A stretch of DNA of 64,000 nt, taken from assembly GCA_965153455.1 (NCBI GenBank), contig OZ234493.1, positions 8,670,213 to 8,734,212 of the forward strand. The letters run 5' to 3'. The DNA is from Sphagnum compactum. Lineage: Eukaryota. Made by a program: the position numbers and the translations under genes. Shown here piece after piece: positions 26,606-40,776 of the stretch; within the stretch, counting starts at the first letter, position 1; each line of letters begins with the position of its first letter. Below the pieces are notes generated by a model. That model was given only the letters and a program-made list of their open reading frames with translations. It did not search any database and was not told the DNA's origin.

Positions 26606-26910
26606 AAAGTCATGAAATTATATGAAGTAAGGGTATGAAATACTGAAACTCAGCATTAAACGCACCAAAGTCATGAAATTATATTAAATAAGGGTATGAA
26701 ATACTGAAACTCAGCATTAAACGCACCAAAGTCATGAAATTATATGAAGTAAGGGTATGAAATACTGAAACTCAGCATTAAACGCACCAAAGTCATGAAA
26801 TTATATTAAATAAAGGTATGAAATACTGAAACTCAGCATTAAACGCACCAAAGTCATGAAATTTTATTAAATAAGGGTATGAAATACTGAAACTTAGCAT
26901 TAAACGCACC
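26606..26910. repeat. Tandem repeat, 5 x 61 bp, near-identical
   Basis: Unit AAAGTCATGAAATTATAT(GAAG/TAAA)TAAGGGTATGAAATACTGAAACTCAGCATTAAACGCACC at 26606, 26667, 26728, 26789 and 26850. Confidence 0.97.
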
Positions 26911-27974
26911 AGGCGGCTCGGGAACATTTCTAGCTACAGTACACATAGCAGCAGCAATGATTGGTTGAAATCGTTCAGGAAAAGAAAGGACAGGCCAAAA
27001 TTTAGTGCTAAACTGAGTTTCATGCCCCCCTTGAAGCCCAGTGTACTTTTTTTTCCCCCCGCGTTTAAAAAAAATCTCGTCCCCTATGTGACCAAACAGG
27101 GGGTTACAGTGCCGTCTTTGCCTGACTTTACCGATAACTCTAATATACATCTTCTTCTTCTTCCTCTCACGAGTGTCATAGTTATAAGCTGGACATTGGA
27201 ATTTGGGGACAATATCGTAGTACCTTTTCAGGTTTGGCATCTCGCTGCCGAATAATTATTTTATTTTGAAAAATTTCCTATAATAACTTCTTGAATCCTA
27301 TGAATTTTTTTTGGCATTAATGAATAATAATTTTTAAAATTTTCAACGGGAAGGGACTTTAATTTTTTTTAATTTGACATTTTAAAAAATAATATAATTT
27401 TTTGCCGAAAAGGAGGTACTACGATAGTAGTATTGATGTGCAACTCAAGTTTAGACCTATTTGTTTGTACAAAAACAACACACGTTAGGCAATGGGGGTG
27501 ACAATTGTAAATGGTGATAATCGAGTCACAAGTTCAAAAAAACACACCTCGTATACAAAAATCTTTAATGATTGATCGTTCTTTTGGTACCGAGAAACAG
27601 AAAAAAAACAAGTTGATATGTACACGGTAGACATATGATGTCAAAATCCTCACACTTAAATTCGGTCACCTAAACATGAGAGCAAAGAGAGTCCGTGGTT
27701 ACACACGTGGCTCACTCCAAACTCCAAACGTTTCCTCAAACCGACCATAATCACTCCCCACCGTGGCAACATGCGATGCCTTACTTATTACTACGGATGT
27801 AGTTTTGTCACACACAAATGGTGAGGCAATGGACACATTGCTTGTAAGTAAGTAGGTAGCATTTTAACCGAGTGTTAAATGTGTGTGTGGCATTCCCCGG
27901 CTGCTTGCACATGGTGTTTAGTACTAGAGAGTGGGGGGGGCGGAGAATTTTTTGACTCGTTCCAACTCCTAGTT

Positions 27975-28310
27975 TTTTCTCCCTTTGTTCCCAACCTGTT
28001 CCCTGAAAGTTCCCAATGGGTTTGTTCCCATCAGGTTCTCAATAATGTTCCTTAAGTTCCCAATGTGTTCCCCCAAGGGTGGGTGTTCCCAATAGCACCT
28101 CGCTTTAATCCCATATGTTTTGCCCAAAGTCCTCCTCCCCTTCTCACCTATATAGGTGGGCCAAAGAGGCAAAGCACTCCATCTTTCAATATAATCTTCT
28201 ATTTAGGGAGAGCCTCCATAGTTTCAACCTTTTTTTTTTTTTTTTTTTTTTTTGCCCTTTTGCAAAAGTCCAATCAAATTGGCTCATTGCAAAAGGGAAA
28301 AAAAATTTGA
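27975..28310. repeat. Probable dispersed repeat with iterated GTTCCC motifs and a poly-T tract
   Basis: Many TGTTCCC/GTTCCC motifs. Resembles a high-copy moss intergenic repeat (recognition from memory, not searched). Confidence 0.5.
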
Positions 28311-28964
28311 AAATTAATATCAATCACACTATATCACTTTGAGTACCTTGAGAGAGATTGATGTGGCAATAGAAACACATGGTACACACATTGGGGAAGT
28401 TGAAGCCCAATTGTGGCCTTTTCCCCATGTTTGGTTTAACTGCCACTCCTCTGAAGCAGCCCAAAGGCTTTGTGTCTATCCATTCATTCATGGAGATCAA
28501 AGCCAATCCATCAAAATCTGGTCAAAAAAATCTTTGTAGCTTTGGCTTGGGATCGAATCCCTCTCTCTCTCTCTCTCGATATGTCCAGCATGTAAAAAAT
28601 CAGTTTTTTCTTGTTGGATAGCTACTCAAGCAAAGGTTGCCTTCAAGGTGTTATGCAAGAATTAAGTGAATGCAAGGATGCCATGTTTTTCTATATACAA
28701 CCCATTTGTTCTTTCAACAATTTGGGCAACAACAACAACAGCCCCAGCAACCTTCTTTCCCACACATAAGTTCCTTGTTTGAATTTATGTAGATTGAACT
28801 CGAGTTAAATTTTACCAAAATACAAAAATTTAGTGACCCGACACTCAACCACAACAAATGGCCTTTTTAATAAAAGCCTTCAACAAGCTAACTTACAACC
28901 TACACATGTTCCTTTTAGTCATCTAAGGTAAGTTGTCTAAAGATTCAAAAATATAACTAACCTA

Positions 28965-29060
28965 GGATTGATGGCTTAGTGGTATAGCCCATTTTGGGAC
29001 CATGAAACCTCCAAAAGGGTTTTGGGTTCAAACTCCAATGGAGTGCAAATGAAAGGTCTT
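28965..29060 (+). mobile_element. tRNA-derived SINE-like head (not a functional tRNA)
   Basis: A-box TGGCTTAGTGG (28972-28982) and B-box GGTTCAAACTCC (29025-29036) at plausible spacing. No coherent cloverleaf. Confidence 0.5.
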
Positions 29061-32000
29061 ATTAGGTCAAGTATGCCATATACCCCGATGGTTTATTAGG
29101 TCAGGTTTGTCATATGTCTTTCATATAAATATAACTCGTCATCCAAGTGATGGCATGACAACAAATTATCTACAATGACTATACTCACCAAAAAACCAAA
29201 TATGTCTCATGCTTACCAAAATAAGTAACTTCAAAACAATGGCCATATAGGCTCCTTGGTAGAATTCAAGCACATAGGTGTACACTATAATGAACAACCA
29301 TACATGCAATTTTAACAAAGTCAATGGAACCCACAAAACCCATGTGAAAATACCAAAACTTAGTTATATAGGAATCACTTTCATCACACATATGCTCCAA
29401 GGATACTTCATAAACAAATATGTTAAAGACAATGCAAAATAAAAAGTTGTCAAAACCCTTCTTGAACAATGCATCAATCCCAAATCCTTAACAACAAAAG
29501 TAATTCCTTGAGCTACTAGATATCATCTTCATACTTGGGAGAATTTGAAGTGTTACCAACAGCATTTTAAAATTCTAAATTGCCTTGACAAGTAAACTTA
29601 CTTTTCACCCTAACCTAATGGTTCATCATCATATGTACAAGTATCAATGGTGTCCCCAAATATGAATATTTAGATTAGATCATCATTGCCATTATGCTCT
29701 AGAACCCAAGGAAACATACAAAATCTCAAATTGTGAATATGTAAAGACATTATTGGGCTCCTTAGAAACATTTTCCACAATAGAAATTTCATACGTAGGA
29801 GCTTATTGATTTCTAGGGACATATCACATAATAAACTAGCAATTGGGACAACATCCATACATCATTTAAAACTAAGAGCAAAGAAATTCAAGCTCATGGA
29901 TGAGCAATTGAAGGAACATCAATGAGGTTGATGTGCACTCACTAGGACTTCAAATTGTTGGTGTTATCAAAACCAATTGAAATTTGTTTAACATTTATTT
30001 AAAGATTTTCAACATTAGGCCCATTAGTCATATTATAGCCAAAAAAATCAACAATACTTTATACTTTGTTTGTGATGCACTTTAGCCATACAATTTTCTA
30101 TGATTTTGAACTTAACATAAGAATTGCCAATCTCATGCATAAGGCTCTGTAACACATAACTTCTCCTTGTGTATCTTCAACATATTGTTGAAATTCATTC
30201 ATTCTGTTTGCCCCAACAACAAGTACCCACATGACAATTACATCTACTTGTTTGTGGGTTGCATGGTATGAGAGGGAAGAGGTCATTCATTGTCATGCAA
30301 CTTATTTTGATCTCATAAAATACACCTAGAAGAAAACTCAAAATAAAAAATGGTTGCAAACATTTTAAAATACTTATGATTTGTTATACCATTAGGCACC
30401 TCCAAAGAAAAACGACTAAAAGGGTAAAACAACATTTCCATGGACCAAAAACCATGTAAAACATGTCAAATAAATTGCAATCCTAGTTACATATGCTTAT
30501 GTGGTGCCATTTTGATGGCATGTTAATCATGGTAAGTTGTGTTTGATTACTAATATGGATGTTGTGAAATTTAAATTGAATCATTAAATGTTTCAATTTT
30601 ATTTTATTTTTTGAGCAAAAACCATTTAAAGTTGAGCAAATGTTTTATTAAACATTGATACTTTCACAAAAGGCCCCTTGATTTCATAATTTACAAATTC
30701 TTTGACACAAATTTTTTTTGTAATAATAAAAGGCTATTGTACACACCTAATTTTTGTGAAAATACAAGAAACCAATAACTTTCTTTTAATACAATAAATT
30801 TAGGGTTTATTTGAAGTTCATGTGTCCTATGCAACTTGTAAATGTGATGCAATGTATATAGTGTTTAAAAAATAGTTTAAAATTATAATACAAGAAACTA
30901 AACTTTAAATTAGTTATGTTTTGGTATGATTTGAAATTGTGATCATGTTTAAAGATGAAACACAAAATCTAACATAATTTGTAGACAATTAAAAATTCAT
31001 ACTTATCATAAGATGTTTAACCCCAAAAATGTGATATATTGGGGCAATTATAAATATTTGTAATAACAAGTTGTAAAAGTTTCCATTAAAAATTTCTTTT
31101 TTGTGTTTGGCAAAAGGACCTCAAATGGACAATAGTCTTTAGTTTAAAGTAAACATATTACTCGTGGGAACATGGTTTTAGCCAAAAGTTGGGTGAAATG
31201 AAAAAATAAAAAAATAAAATTGTGGATCAACACAAGAAAAAAAATTTAATTTTTTGGGTTCCTTTTTGTCATTCCAAAGATGTATGAAGGTCAACAAATG
31301 GGGGTTGAACACCATTGGCACAAGCTTGTAACATCAAATACCTAAGGCATCAACTTAAAACCAAATCAAAACACTAACATGCCCAAAGCAAAACTTGTTT
31401 ACTCATAGTGGTCAATCTTATTTTAATTTCAACAAGTTTCAAATAATGTATTTGCATGATGTTAGTATTTTCACAAGTCATCACTTCTTTACATACATAA
31501 GTTCATGTAAGCTAAGATTAGGTCTAATGCTTAAAATAGGTGTTGGTCACTCAATGGCTAGAACGTCCTTTAAGGGTTATTGAGATGAATAGTTTATTTA
31601 GTGGCCCCACATGAATGATGACAAAATCCACATTGTGAGAGAGAAGAATGCCAAAATATAATGTAGCTAGTGCACATCAATGCATTTTTGTAGTCCTAGC
31701 AAGAATAAGAACTTTGGGATTGGCAACATTTGAATTTTGAACCTTGCTTCCTTGATTGGTAGACATTAGATTGTATTGACTAGCTAATGGTTTAGCAACT
31801 TCATTTTCAATTGTTTTTCAATACTTATCTAAGAACATGAATTTAGTATTCCTTTCCTTTGAAAAAAAAACAATGTTTCAGAATTTGTTATTATGAATTT
31901 CTATTTGGATTGGGAACTTTATGCCTCCTTTTTGTGTTCATTCAAGCGATTCCATTGTGGCCTAATGGCTACCAAATTCCAATATAACAAGCAAGGTTTA

Positions 32001-34941
32001 AAGAGTTCAAATGTTGATAATCTTGGAAAGGAAAAGTCTTCATGGTCAAACTAATCAACATACCCATAGCAAGCAAGGGTTCAAATGTTGCATATCTTGA
32101 GAAAAAAACATCTTTGTCGTTAAACTATGGAATCTACAAATATTGATTCCATGTGTGGCTTGATCCCCCCACCCCCCTCCCAAAAAGCCATATGCCTAGT
32201 TCAGAAGGGAAAATTGAAGATGGCTCCTTTGCACAAATGGTTGGTGTACTTTATCATTCATTGTTTTTTCTATGTATGTTTCATGAATTAATTCATTATT
32301 AAACAACAAATTTGCTTAACTTGACAATTACCTTTGCATGATTAAAAACACCCATTTAGGATATTCACCATAACATACACCATTGTTTTGCATATGTGTG
32401 CGCATCATCAAATTTTGGAATGCAAAAATTGTATTTAGAATAATTTCAACAAATTTGTTTAATATCTTGGATTTTTAAAATTTATTTCTAAATAATGTAA
32501 GTTGTGTTGTTGGCCCAAGTGTTTTTTGGTTCTACAATTAAATTTTTCCTTTTAAAACCATTTTTGGGGTAGTTTAATTGAATTTCCAATGAAAAATAAT
32601 CAAAATTCAATATCTCCTATACTTTAGGTTTAGAAATTTCAAATAACCTTTGTTAAATCATACTCATTGAAGGCTTTCTAACAACATCAAGAGTGCACCC
32701 AAATTTTCCTATGATTTTTATTTTTGATTTAGATGAATTTTCATGAAATTTTGTTCTATATTCAACAATTTTTCCACCATAGGTCAAAAACATTATGGAA
32801 CCATCTTGGTGTACTCATGTTCATCAAAGGTTTTCCAATGGTACCAAGAGTGTGGCAAGAGGCATCATGGTTTGGGAGATTTTAATGTGACAAATAAACA
32901 AAACAAACAAACAACCTTCCTTCATAGATATATGTTAGAAATAACATAACTTAATTTTCAAATAGGACACACATGTGACACCACCAACCATGTGACAAAA
33001 AGGCTTACTCTGAGAACCTTTTTAACCAATACATTTTTGAAACACAATCTATTGGCCTTGTGACAAATAACTCAAAAGGTTATCATTATTCCTACAACAA
33101 TTAATTCACCTTTTGTTTGTGTTTTCTTATAATAAATTGACCTTATTATATAAGGATAGGGAGAAGAGGTAGTAGAGGAAATCTATCATCTAACTTATTC
33201 CTAAGTTTGGTCAATTGTTTAACCTTGAAGTACTTAACATATATTGTAGGTCAACAAAAAATATAATTGATTAAATTGTGAAATTTTGTTAAATGTCCTT
33301 AGTGATGCATCAAATATGATAATGAGCCAATTGCAAGTGAGTAAATGCATATTATAGTGTCCCTTTATGGGTGAAACAATGTAAGAATTCCAATACCTCT
33401 TACTAATGTAATGTATCCAAAATCCAATTGGTAAGGAAATGTGTAAAGACTCGTATCATTGGTTTATATTAGTTTAAGAAGGTTATACTAAAAAAGAAAA
33501 ACCATATGACCATTTTTGAGTTTATGGGGGACTTTCAAACACAAACTTTACTATCAAATATGATATTTTATATGGATTCATAAATTTCAAATTACTTTAT
33601 CGAATGTCTAATGTACTTGACCATAGGTTATATGATTAAAATGGAAACCAAAATTCTTATCGAAGATGTCATTGCAAGTGGCAATACATTTTTAGGTACT
33701 TTTTAAAGGGTAAAAAATGGTTGAATCCATAGTCCTATTCAACATGAGAACATTTAAAAATTTGATATTTTTTCCATTCAACGTATTCAATAATACATTA
33801 GGTAGGGAAGGCAATATAGTTCTTGCAGATTTATTTTTTTTGGTAGACATTTTCATTGTGAAGGTGTTGATAACACTAAATGCATTCCTAACATGTTGTT
33901 TTTGGTTCGCCCAAGTGGGTTAGCCATAATTAGTGTTGGCCACATGCCCCTTCCCAAATATAATTGCAACCCCCCCTTATGTTATCTTTCATTTGATTAG
34001 CTCCCCATTTTTTTTATATTTTCAATTTGTATCATGAGTGGCAAGGGCATGTGTGAAGGCAATGCTCATATGGTTATTGGCCCAAAAACATATTGTGAGT
34101 TGTATTCACATTATTAGAAGTCATTTTTTTGGTAACCAATGTTATTTTTTGGGAAATATGACTTGAAAATTGATGCATTGATAGAATCTTAAATTTTTTT
34201 TGCATAGATCTTTTCATTATGTATTGTTTTTTAGAATCCAAAGTAGGAGATGATGATAACCAAACTATAGTTTATGGGATGCAAAAATATTTATTTGTAA
34301 TTAATGCTTTTGTTACTTAAATGATTATCAAAAGTTCCTGAATTTATTTGAAAGTGACATATTTATGAAATTTTCGATAAACCTTTACATAATAATATAT
34401 TGCAACATCTTTTTGGACTATAAATTTTTTTTAAAAAATTATTAATTTGTAAATTGATAAGATTTTAAGAATATCATGTTATGTCATGTCAATTTGACTA
34501 GTTAATCCATTCATTATAAGGACTTTGTTTTTGCAGCACTTTTGGCTCTTAATAATGTGAATGGTGGTGATGTATGTGGTTAAACTACAAGCATGTAAAT
34601 GAAATTTGACTAAAAAATTTGAATCGGTAAAGGCACCTTGTGCATGGCTCCCATTTGCACATCTCAATAAAAAAAACTAGGCTCCAAGCTTGCAAAGGTG
34701 TTCAAGTTTTAGGCTTTCAATATACAAATCTACTATGCAATTGGGCAACATGCAACATTTACAAGTAGGATCCAAAACTTAAATGTAACTATTAATTAAA
34801 AAAAATTGCATGGCATTTAAACCTTGGTCACAAGGACCATGCCCATTGCAACACATGGTGCTGATAATAGCTAACAAAATTAATATCATAACATAGATCA
34901 CATCAAATTTCAAAACAAATGATACTATGGAAAGAAAACAA

Positions 34942-37780
34942 TCATGCATTCATTCCTATTTTGACCTTAACTCCATCATTCTAATCTACAATACCAACTT
35001 GGAAAGAGAAGGTGTCCTTAATGCAAAAATCTTGAATAAACATGCATATAACAATGTCTAGATGCCCAACCAATCGATTCCAAAGCTTGGACTTCATGAA
35101 GGTTAATGTGGAAAATGTTATTTCATCTTCTACATTGCCAATGACTTGGACACTGGCCATTTAAGCAAGTTTCATCAACTTAGAAAGATGATCAACCAAA
35201 AGATTGTTTGTGGCAAATTGATGCCATAGTTTAATGACAATATTTTCATCTCTAAACTTTTCCATTTCCTTCAAAGCTTGAGTTTTCATGGTCAACTTGA
35301 AAAGGGATGTTTGTATATCCAAAATATCCCTTGAAAGTGGCTAAAAAACCCATGAACTAGATGAACCAAATTTTGTGGGTGTACAATAATGTTGTTGGAT
35401 CAAACTCATATGAGTTGCAAAAGTGGACCCACAATCTAGTTGTAATTAATATTGTTGGTAAATGATGCCAAGAACAATCATCAATTCATGATCTAGAAAC
35501 ATGCATTCCAACTCAATGACCAACAAATCACATGTAGTAGTGCATTAGGCTTTCACACCTATGATAGTTGTTTCAACATCATCATGAGTAATTGGGGAAT
35601 GGAGACTAGTTAAGAGATCAACATAATGGACCATGTGGGATTGTCCCACAATATAGAAAGCCAAATGTTTTGTGCCATCATTGAAGTTTGTCACCAAGTC
35701 TTGCACAATCCTACAAGATATGTTTGGAACAACATCAATGAACTCTATAAAGTTTGTAATTTGGAAGGATGTGTTTGAATCACCATACATTTTGTATAGG
35801 TTTGCTTGACAAATTTTGAAAGTTACAATGTAATCACTTATAATACATCTTTGCCATGCACAAACTTCATTGAATCATGAACAAATTTTAGCATGGGCAA
35901 AACACATGATATGTTCAAGATGGTATAAATGTCACGCAAATTTTACATATTAGCCTTGATTGATTCCACTAAGCCATAATTAGCTATCACCTTTGTGATC
36001 AAAATTATGTGTTCTTTCTCAACTTGCTTCAAAGGTGTTAACATGATAATCCACCTTATCTTCACATTTCAAAAAACTTTTAGACCGTACTTTGCTCTAC
36101 AAGGTTGGTTCTATGTGCCATACAATGGATTTTGATGAAGTCAGACCTTTGTTCAATTTTCATTAAAACAATAATTCTAAATTTGACCCCTTATTCAAAT
36201 GTGAAGGCACCATCAACTCCTAGACACACAATACATTCAACAATTTGATCTTGAAACAAACCACCATACATCATTAGAATAGAAAAATGACAACTTTGAT
36301 GTTTGTGGCAATACCACCTTCAACCAAATGTTCAAGTATGAATAAAATAAGCACACATTTAATATTTGCCACAACATAACAATGGATGGAAATCAAACTT
36401 TGATGGTCCAATGTAATTACTCCATAATTTGCAAAACTTGAAAAAAAAACTTGAAGTCAAAATTGTTTTTTTAATGTCAATCAACATAAAATGATGTAAG
36501 TTTTTAGTAATCGGGTAGATGCATGGTACAATGTAGACAATTTTAAGGAAAATCGAGACTACATATAGTATAAAAAGTAGCAACATGTAAGATTTCACTT
36601 GCTTTGAAATTTTTTAAAGATCACATGAAGTAAATTTGAGCTTCAAACATAAAATAAGTTATTAAACGCATCAATATGTAATTGGTTGGTAGTTGTATCA
36701 TTGTGTAAAAGTACACAGATAATTTTATAAACGTTGATTTAGAACCCTTATTTAACAAAAAAATTACCATTTTTTATTAATTTTGAAAATTCATTCTTGT
36801 TATGTAAAATGGTAAAAAAACACTTAGCCGATTTACATCTTCAATGGAAGAACATTTAAAAACTTGAAAAGATCACAATCTTCATCATTATTATAACATA
36901 ATGTACTAACAAATGTTTTAAAAACATCTTATATGAACTTTGCAACTTGAAAAGTTAAAAATTTTAATGATTTTTTTTTTCATGGTTGTCTTTTTACATG
37001 TGCAAAATTTCATGGATAAACTACCATTAAATCTAGTCCTTCATAGTCCTTTTTTTACAATTGCAGCATTGTGATAGGGCTGTTGCAATGTGAAAATGTA
37101 TTTTAATTAATAATTAATTTGTTCATATTTGCTTCAATTTCATGATAGAATGATGTACTGAGATGTAAATCATCATTAATTGAAAATTTTAGTTACAAAA
37201 TGTTTCCCAAACATCCACCATGATATATCACAGTTCCATATGTATTGAAAACTATCAAATTGTGACCGTTTTTTGTCTACATCGTAACATGCATTCACCC
37301 AATCTCACAACTAAAACAATTACTTTAATGCTTGGCTAGATTATGAGACACTTGCAAAGGAAAAAAAATACTACATTTGTTCATACTTTGTCATGGGTCT
37401 ACCTTGAAACAATAAATAGAAAATGAATGCAAATTGAACTCAACATTTCAACACCTATAACCACATGTTGGACCACATGATCCCTACCTTTGGACATATC
37501 CAAGTGCGGATCGATCACATGCTAATTCATTTTCGAAATTTAGTATCCCCATATTACTACCAAACATGTGATTGATTTCCTTTGGCCAACATGCTTCAAC
37601 AAGGAATCTAATTTGGGCACTAGAAGTTTATTGTGTGTTTCAATCTTGTTGTAAACTGTACATTTCACCTAATGCACCTTCTCATCAACACCTATTGTAA
37701 ACTTTGCCCATGCATCTTGGAAGCGACAATTCATTTCACACATTTTCTTATGATTCATACTATTTCTAGGTTAACTTCTA
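34942..37780 (-). pseudogene. Decayed hAT-superfamily transposase (ZNF862/C17orf113-like)
   Basis: Minus-strand translation with many stops: N-terminal FQDAWAK...VKCTVYNKIE...LLVPKLDSLLKH; middle ISIHCYVV...LEHLVEGG...VCLGVDGA; hAT C-terminal dimerisation region VQVIGNVEDEITFSTLTFMKSKLWNRLVGHLDIVI ending at ~34942. Confidence 0.8.
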
Positions 37781-39896
37781 CTTGTGCTAGATCAAGAATC
37801 ACACAATTAATATCAACCTTAAGGCTTTGGTTGGAACTTTGAGGCTTTGGTGACTTAAAGAGTCAAGGCCATCGACACACACTGAAACACACATGAAACT
37901 TGAAACTCACACACAATGTTGATACCAACCATTGATGACAACTTGCAAATGCATAAAGAGGTAGCATGCTTACTTGAACAATGAACTTAAGCAACTTGAA
38001 TGTTGAGCGAGATCAATTATTTGATTGGATCTAAAAAGAGATGTTGCAACTTGTAGATCCAAATCTTTGCAAATCATGTACTTTTGACTTGAGGTAGATT
38101 GGATTCAAGAATTGAGCCTAGACTCCAACCTACAAATTCCAAAATGCAATAGCATAAGTATTAAATACATTCATTGACTACATTGTGCAAGCTTGAAGCT
38201 TCATATTCATAACTTCCATTCACAAATTAGCAACAATGCAACTTGAGATGTCAACAAAAACTTGATGTTCAAACAAAAAAACGATCACAAATTAAACACA
38301 TTGCACACAAACCATGCAACCCCATTATGCCATAATCCAAATCTTGTGAAGGACAAGTTAGGAGTGCATTATGCCATCATCCATAGTGCTTGCAAGTTGT
38401 AGTTCACTAGCAGTTGTTCCTCCTCAACCTTCATGAAAGTTGTTGGCAATGGCTTGCAAAGGTACGTAGGAGATGGCAAATTCAGCCATGGTGATCAACA
38501 AAAAGAAAGGTGACACAACCTTAGACTAGGTTGAGGATTTGGCAAAAGCAACAAACCCGAACCTAGTTGCTTGTTGTTATTGTTAATGGTCTAAGAAACA
38601 AGGTTATTTTTGCGTCTCTTTACATTGTGCAAATCAGGTTCAAGTTTCTCCGAAGTTGCCAAGTTTTTCAACCAATTTGGAAAGTTGTCCCATGTTTGGG
38701 CCCTGGTTTGACCCTCTGAACCCTGTTTCATTCCCAATTTGAGTGTATTGGTACAAAGTGAGTGAAATTGGGTATTGTTTCATGAAACTGGGTATCAGTT
38801 TAAAAGGTTTGCAGGATCTTATTTTGACTTGAGCCTTCATTTAATGAAGAATATGAGAGGCAGTCAAGGCACAGGTAAGGCAAATCCAGAACAGGGGGTG
38901 GACCAATTTTAAGTGAGAAACCTAGTTTGGTCCCATGTTTCTTTATCCCTGTGTACTGTTTTCAACCTGACTTCTCGTTTTGGTCCCCTGTTTTGGCAAA
39001 ACTGGGGAGCTCAGTACCCCCAGTTCGGGGTACTTTACGAATAACTCAATTCTGTCCAAATGATTTACCTGAAAACAAGAAAAAAAAGTTTAATGTGACA
39101 ACAATTTGGGAAGGGAGACATCAGCTTGCAGATGGTGGGCAACCAATCTTGCAAGCACCTTTACTGATCATGAAGTGCAGTAACCTGGGGTTTGCATTTC
39201 CTCACATAATCTCCTATTTGGACTAGAGCATTCCAATGACACCCATGAGCAATCTTCCAAAAATTCAACCCTTGACTGTCATGAAGCCCCAATTTGGGCT
39301 TTGATCCAGCTCCCTTTTGCATTGACCACCCACCACCCATCCTACCCCCTCTCTACCTTAGTCAGTTCCTTACAAAGTGCAGTTGAAAGTTGTAAAACTA
39401 GGCACACCTTTGTTAAAGATAACTTAGCAACAACATCATGAATAATGTTTGACTAGGTGTTGCACCCCTCAAAACCATATATGGGCATCCCAACTAGTTC
39501 ATATAAAGAATTTGGACATTTCTTTCATTCACACCTTGTTTCACTTTCTTATTTCGCATTTGCTATTATCCACTGTGTTTATCCAAATTCTGTACAAGCA
39601 AATTATGCCCTAGGCTTATAGATGCAACAAAAGGCTATGGCAAATGGTTTCAAATCAATCACACACCTCTTTCCTTCAGTAATGTCTACTTGATCAAGTG
39701 CAGCTGGAATTCTCAATACTGAGATCTCTCTTATCTTTGCTTATTTGTAGGCCAGCCTCCACACAAAGGGAACTAGATCCTGCTAACATTACTGGATGAA
39801 GTTTTAGTTGAAACCAATTTGTTGGGTTATGTATATGTTATGGTCCACCTGGTTGAGACTAACCTGACTAAATCTCTGGCTTGACTGAAAACAAAC

Positions 39897-40300
39897 ATAT
39901 CTTGCAAAGTTCAGGAGGATTGAAAAACACCCACCCACATATCTTGCAAGTTTTGGGAGGATTGAAAAACACCCACCTGCATATCTTGCAAGTTTCGGGG
40001 ATATCGAAAAACACCCAAAGCATATCTTGTAAGTTTTGTGGGGGATTGAAAAACACCCACCTGCATGCATATCTTGCAAGTTCTGGGGGGATTGTAAAAC
40101 ACCCACCTACATATCTTGCAAGTTTTGGGGGATTGAAAGACACCCACCCACATTTGTTGCAAGGTAGGGGGGAGTTGAAAGCACCCACTCTCATGTGTTG
40201 CGAGGTTTGGAGGAATGGAAACACCCACCTGCATATCTTGCAAGTTGTAGGGATTGGGAAAACACCACCCACGGATCTTGCAGGAATTGGGATTGAAACA
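39897..40300. repeat. Minisatellite, ~9 copies of a 41-46 bp unit, upstream of the NPF gene
   Basis: Unit CATATCTTGCAAGTTTTGGGGGATTGAAAAACACCCACCTG. It generates the repetitive ORFs at 39804-40537. Confidence 0.92.
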
Positions 40301-40776
40301 AGTTATCTGTATGATAACAGTTTGTTGCCCAAGGTCACTGAGTAGTACATAGCACTTGGTCAGTTGTCTTGAGAATGGTGAATTTTTTTGATGTGGTTTC
40401 CAAGAGGAGCTCATTCTTTCTTTGTGAATTCTCTTGAGAAGATGAAAAATGGGGGACAGAAAATACATACAGGAAAAATGTATGTGACATTGATTGATTG
40501 TGTGGGATATTCTGGACAAAGTGATGATCATCCCCATTCCCCTTGGCCCTAGTGAAAACCATCAAAGATCCAGGGGATGATAACCGGTGTTAACAAGGAC
40601 ATTGCAAAGGTGTCAACAAACAATGAGCAACCCGCAAGCTCTATTTATGAAACTCTTATTCAAGAATGCTGAAGTGATCTCATCACTCTGAGCTCTTCCT
40701 TCTTTGCTCCTTCTCCCCTTCTCCCCTTCTCTTCGCTTTCTCTTGCGACACAACTTTTCTCACTCTCCTGCCTCTA

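Noticed and set aside
26606-26910. CRISPR-like array
   Set aside because: Units are contiguous with no unique spacers; eukaryotic context with no cas genes.
28965-29045. Functional tRNA gene
   Set aside because: A and B boxes are present but there are no acceptor or anticodon stems. Kept only as a SINE-like head.
29200-30400. Possible decayed coding or TE sequence on the minus strand
   Set aside because: No recognisable motif; cannot be assigned without a search.
39804-40537. Long repetitive ORFs on both strands
   Set aside because: By-products of the 41-46 bp minisatellite.
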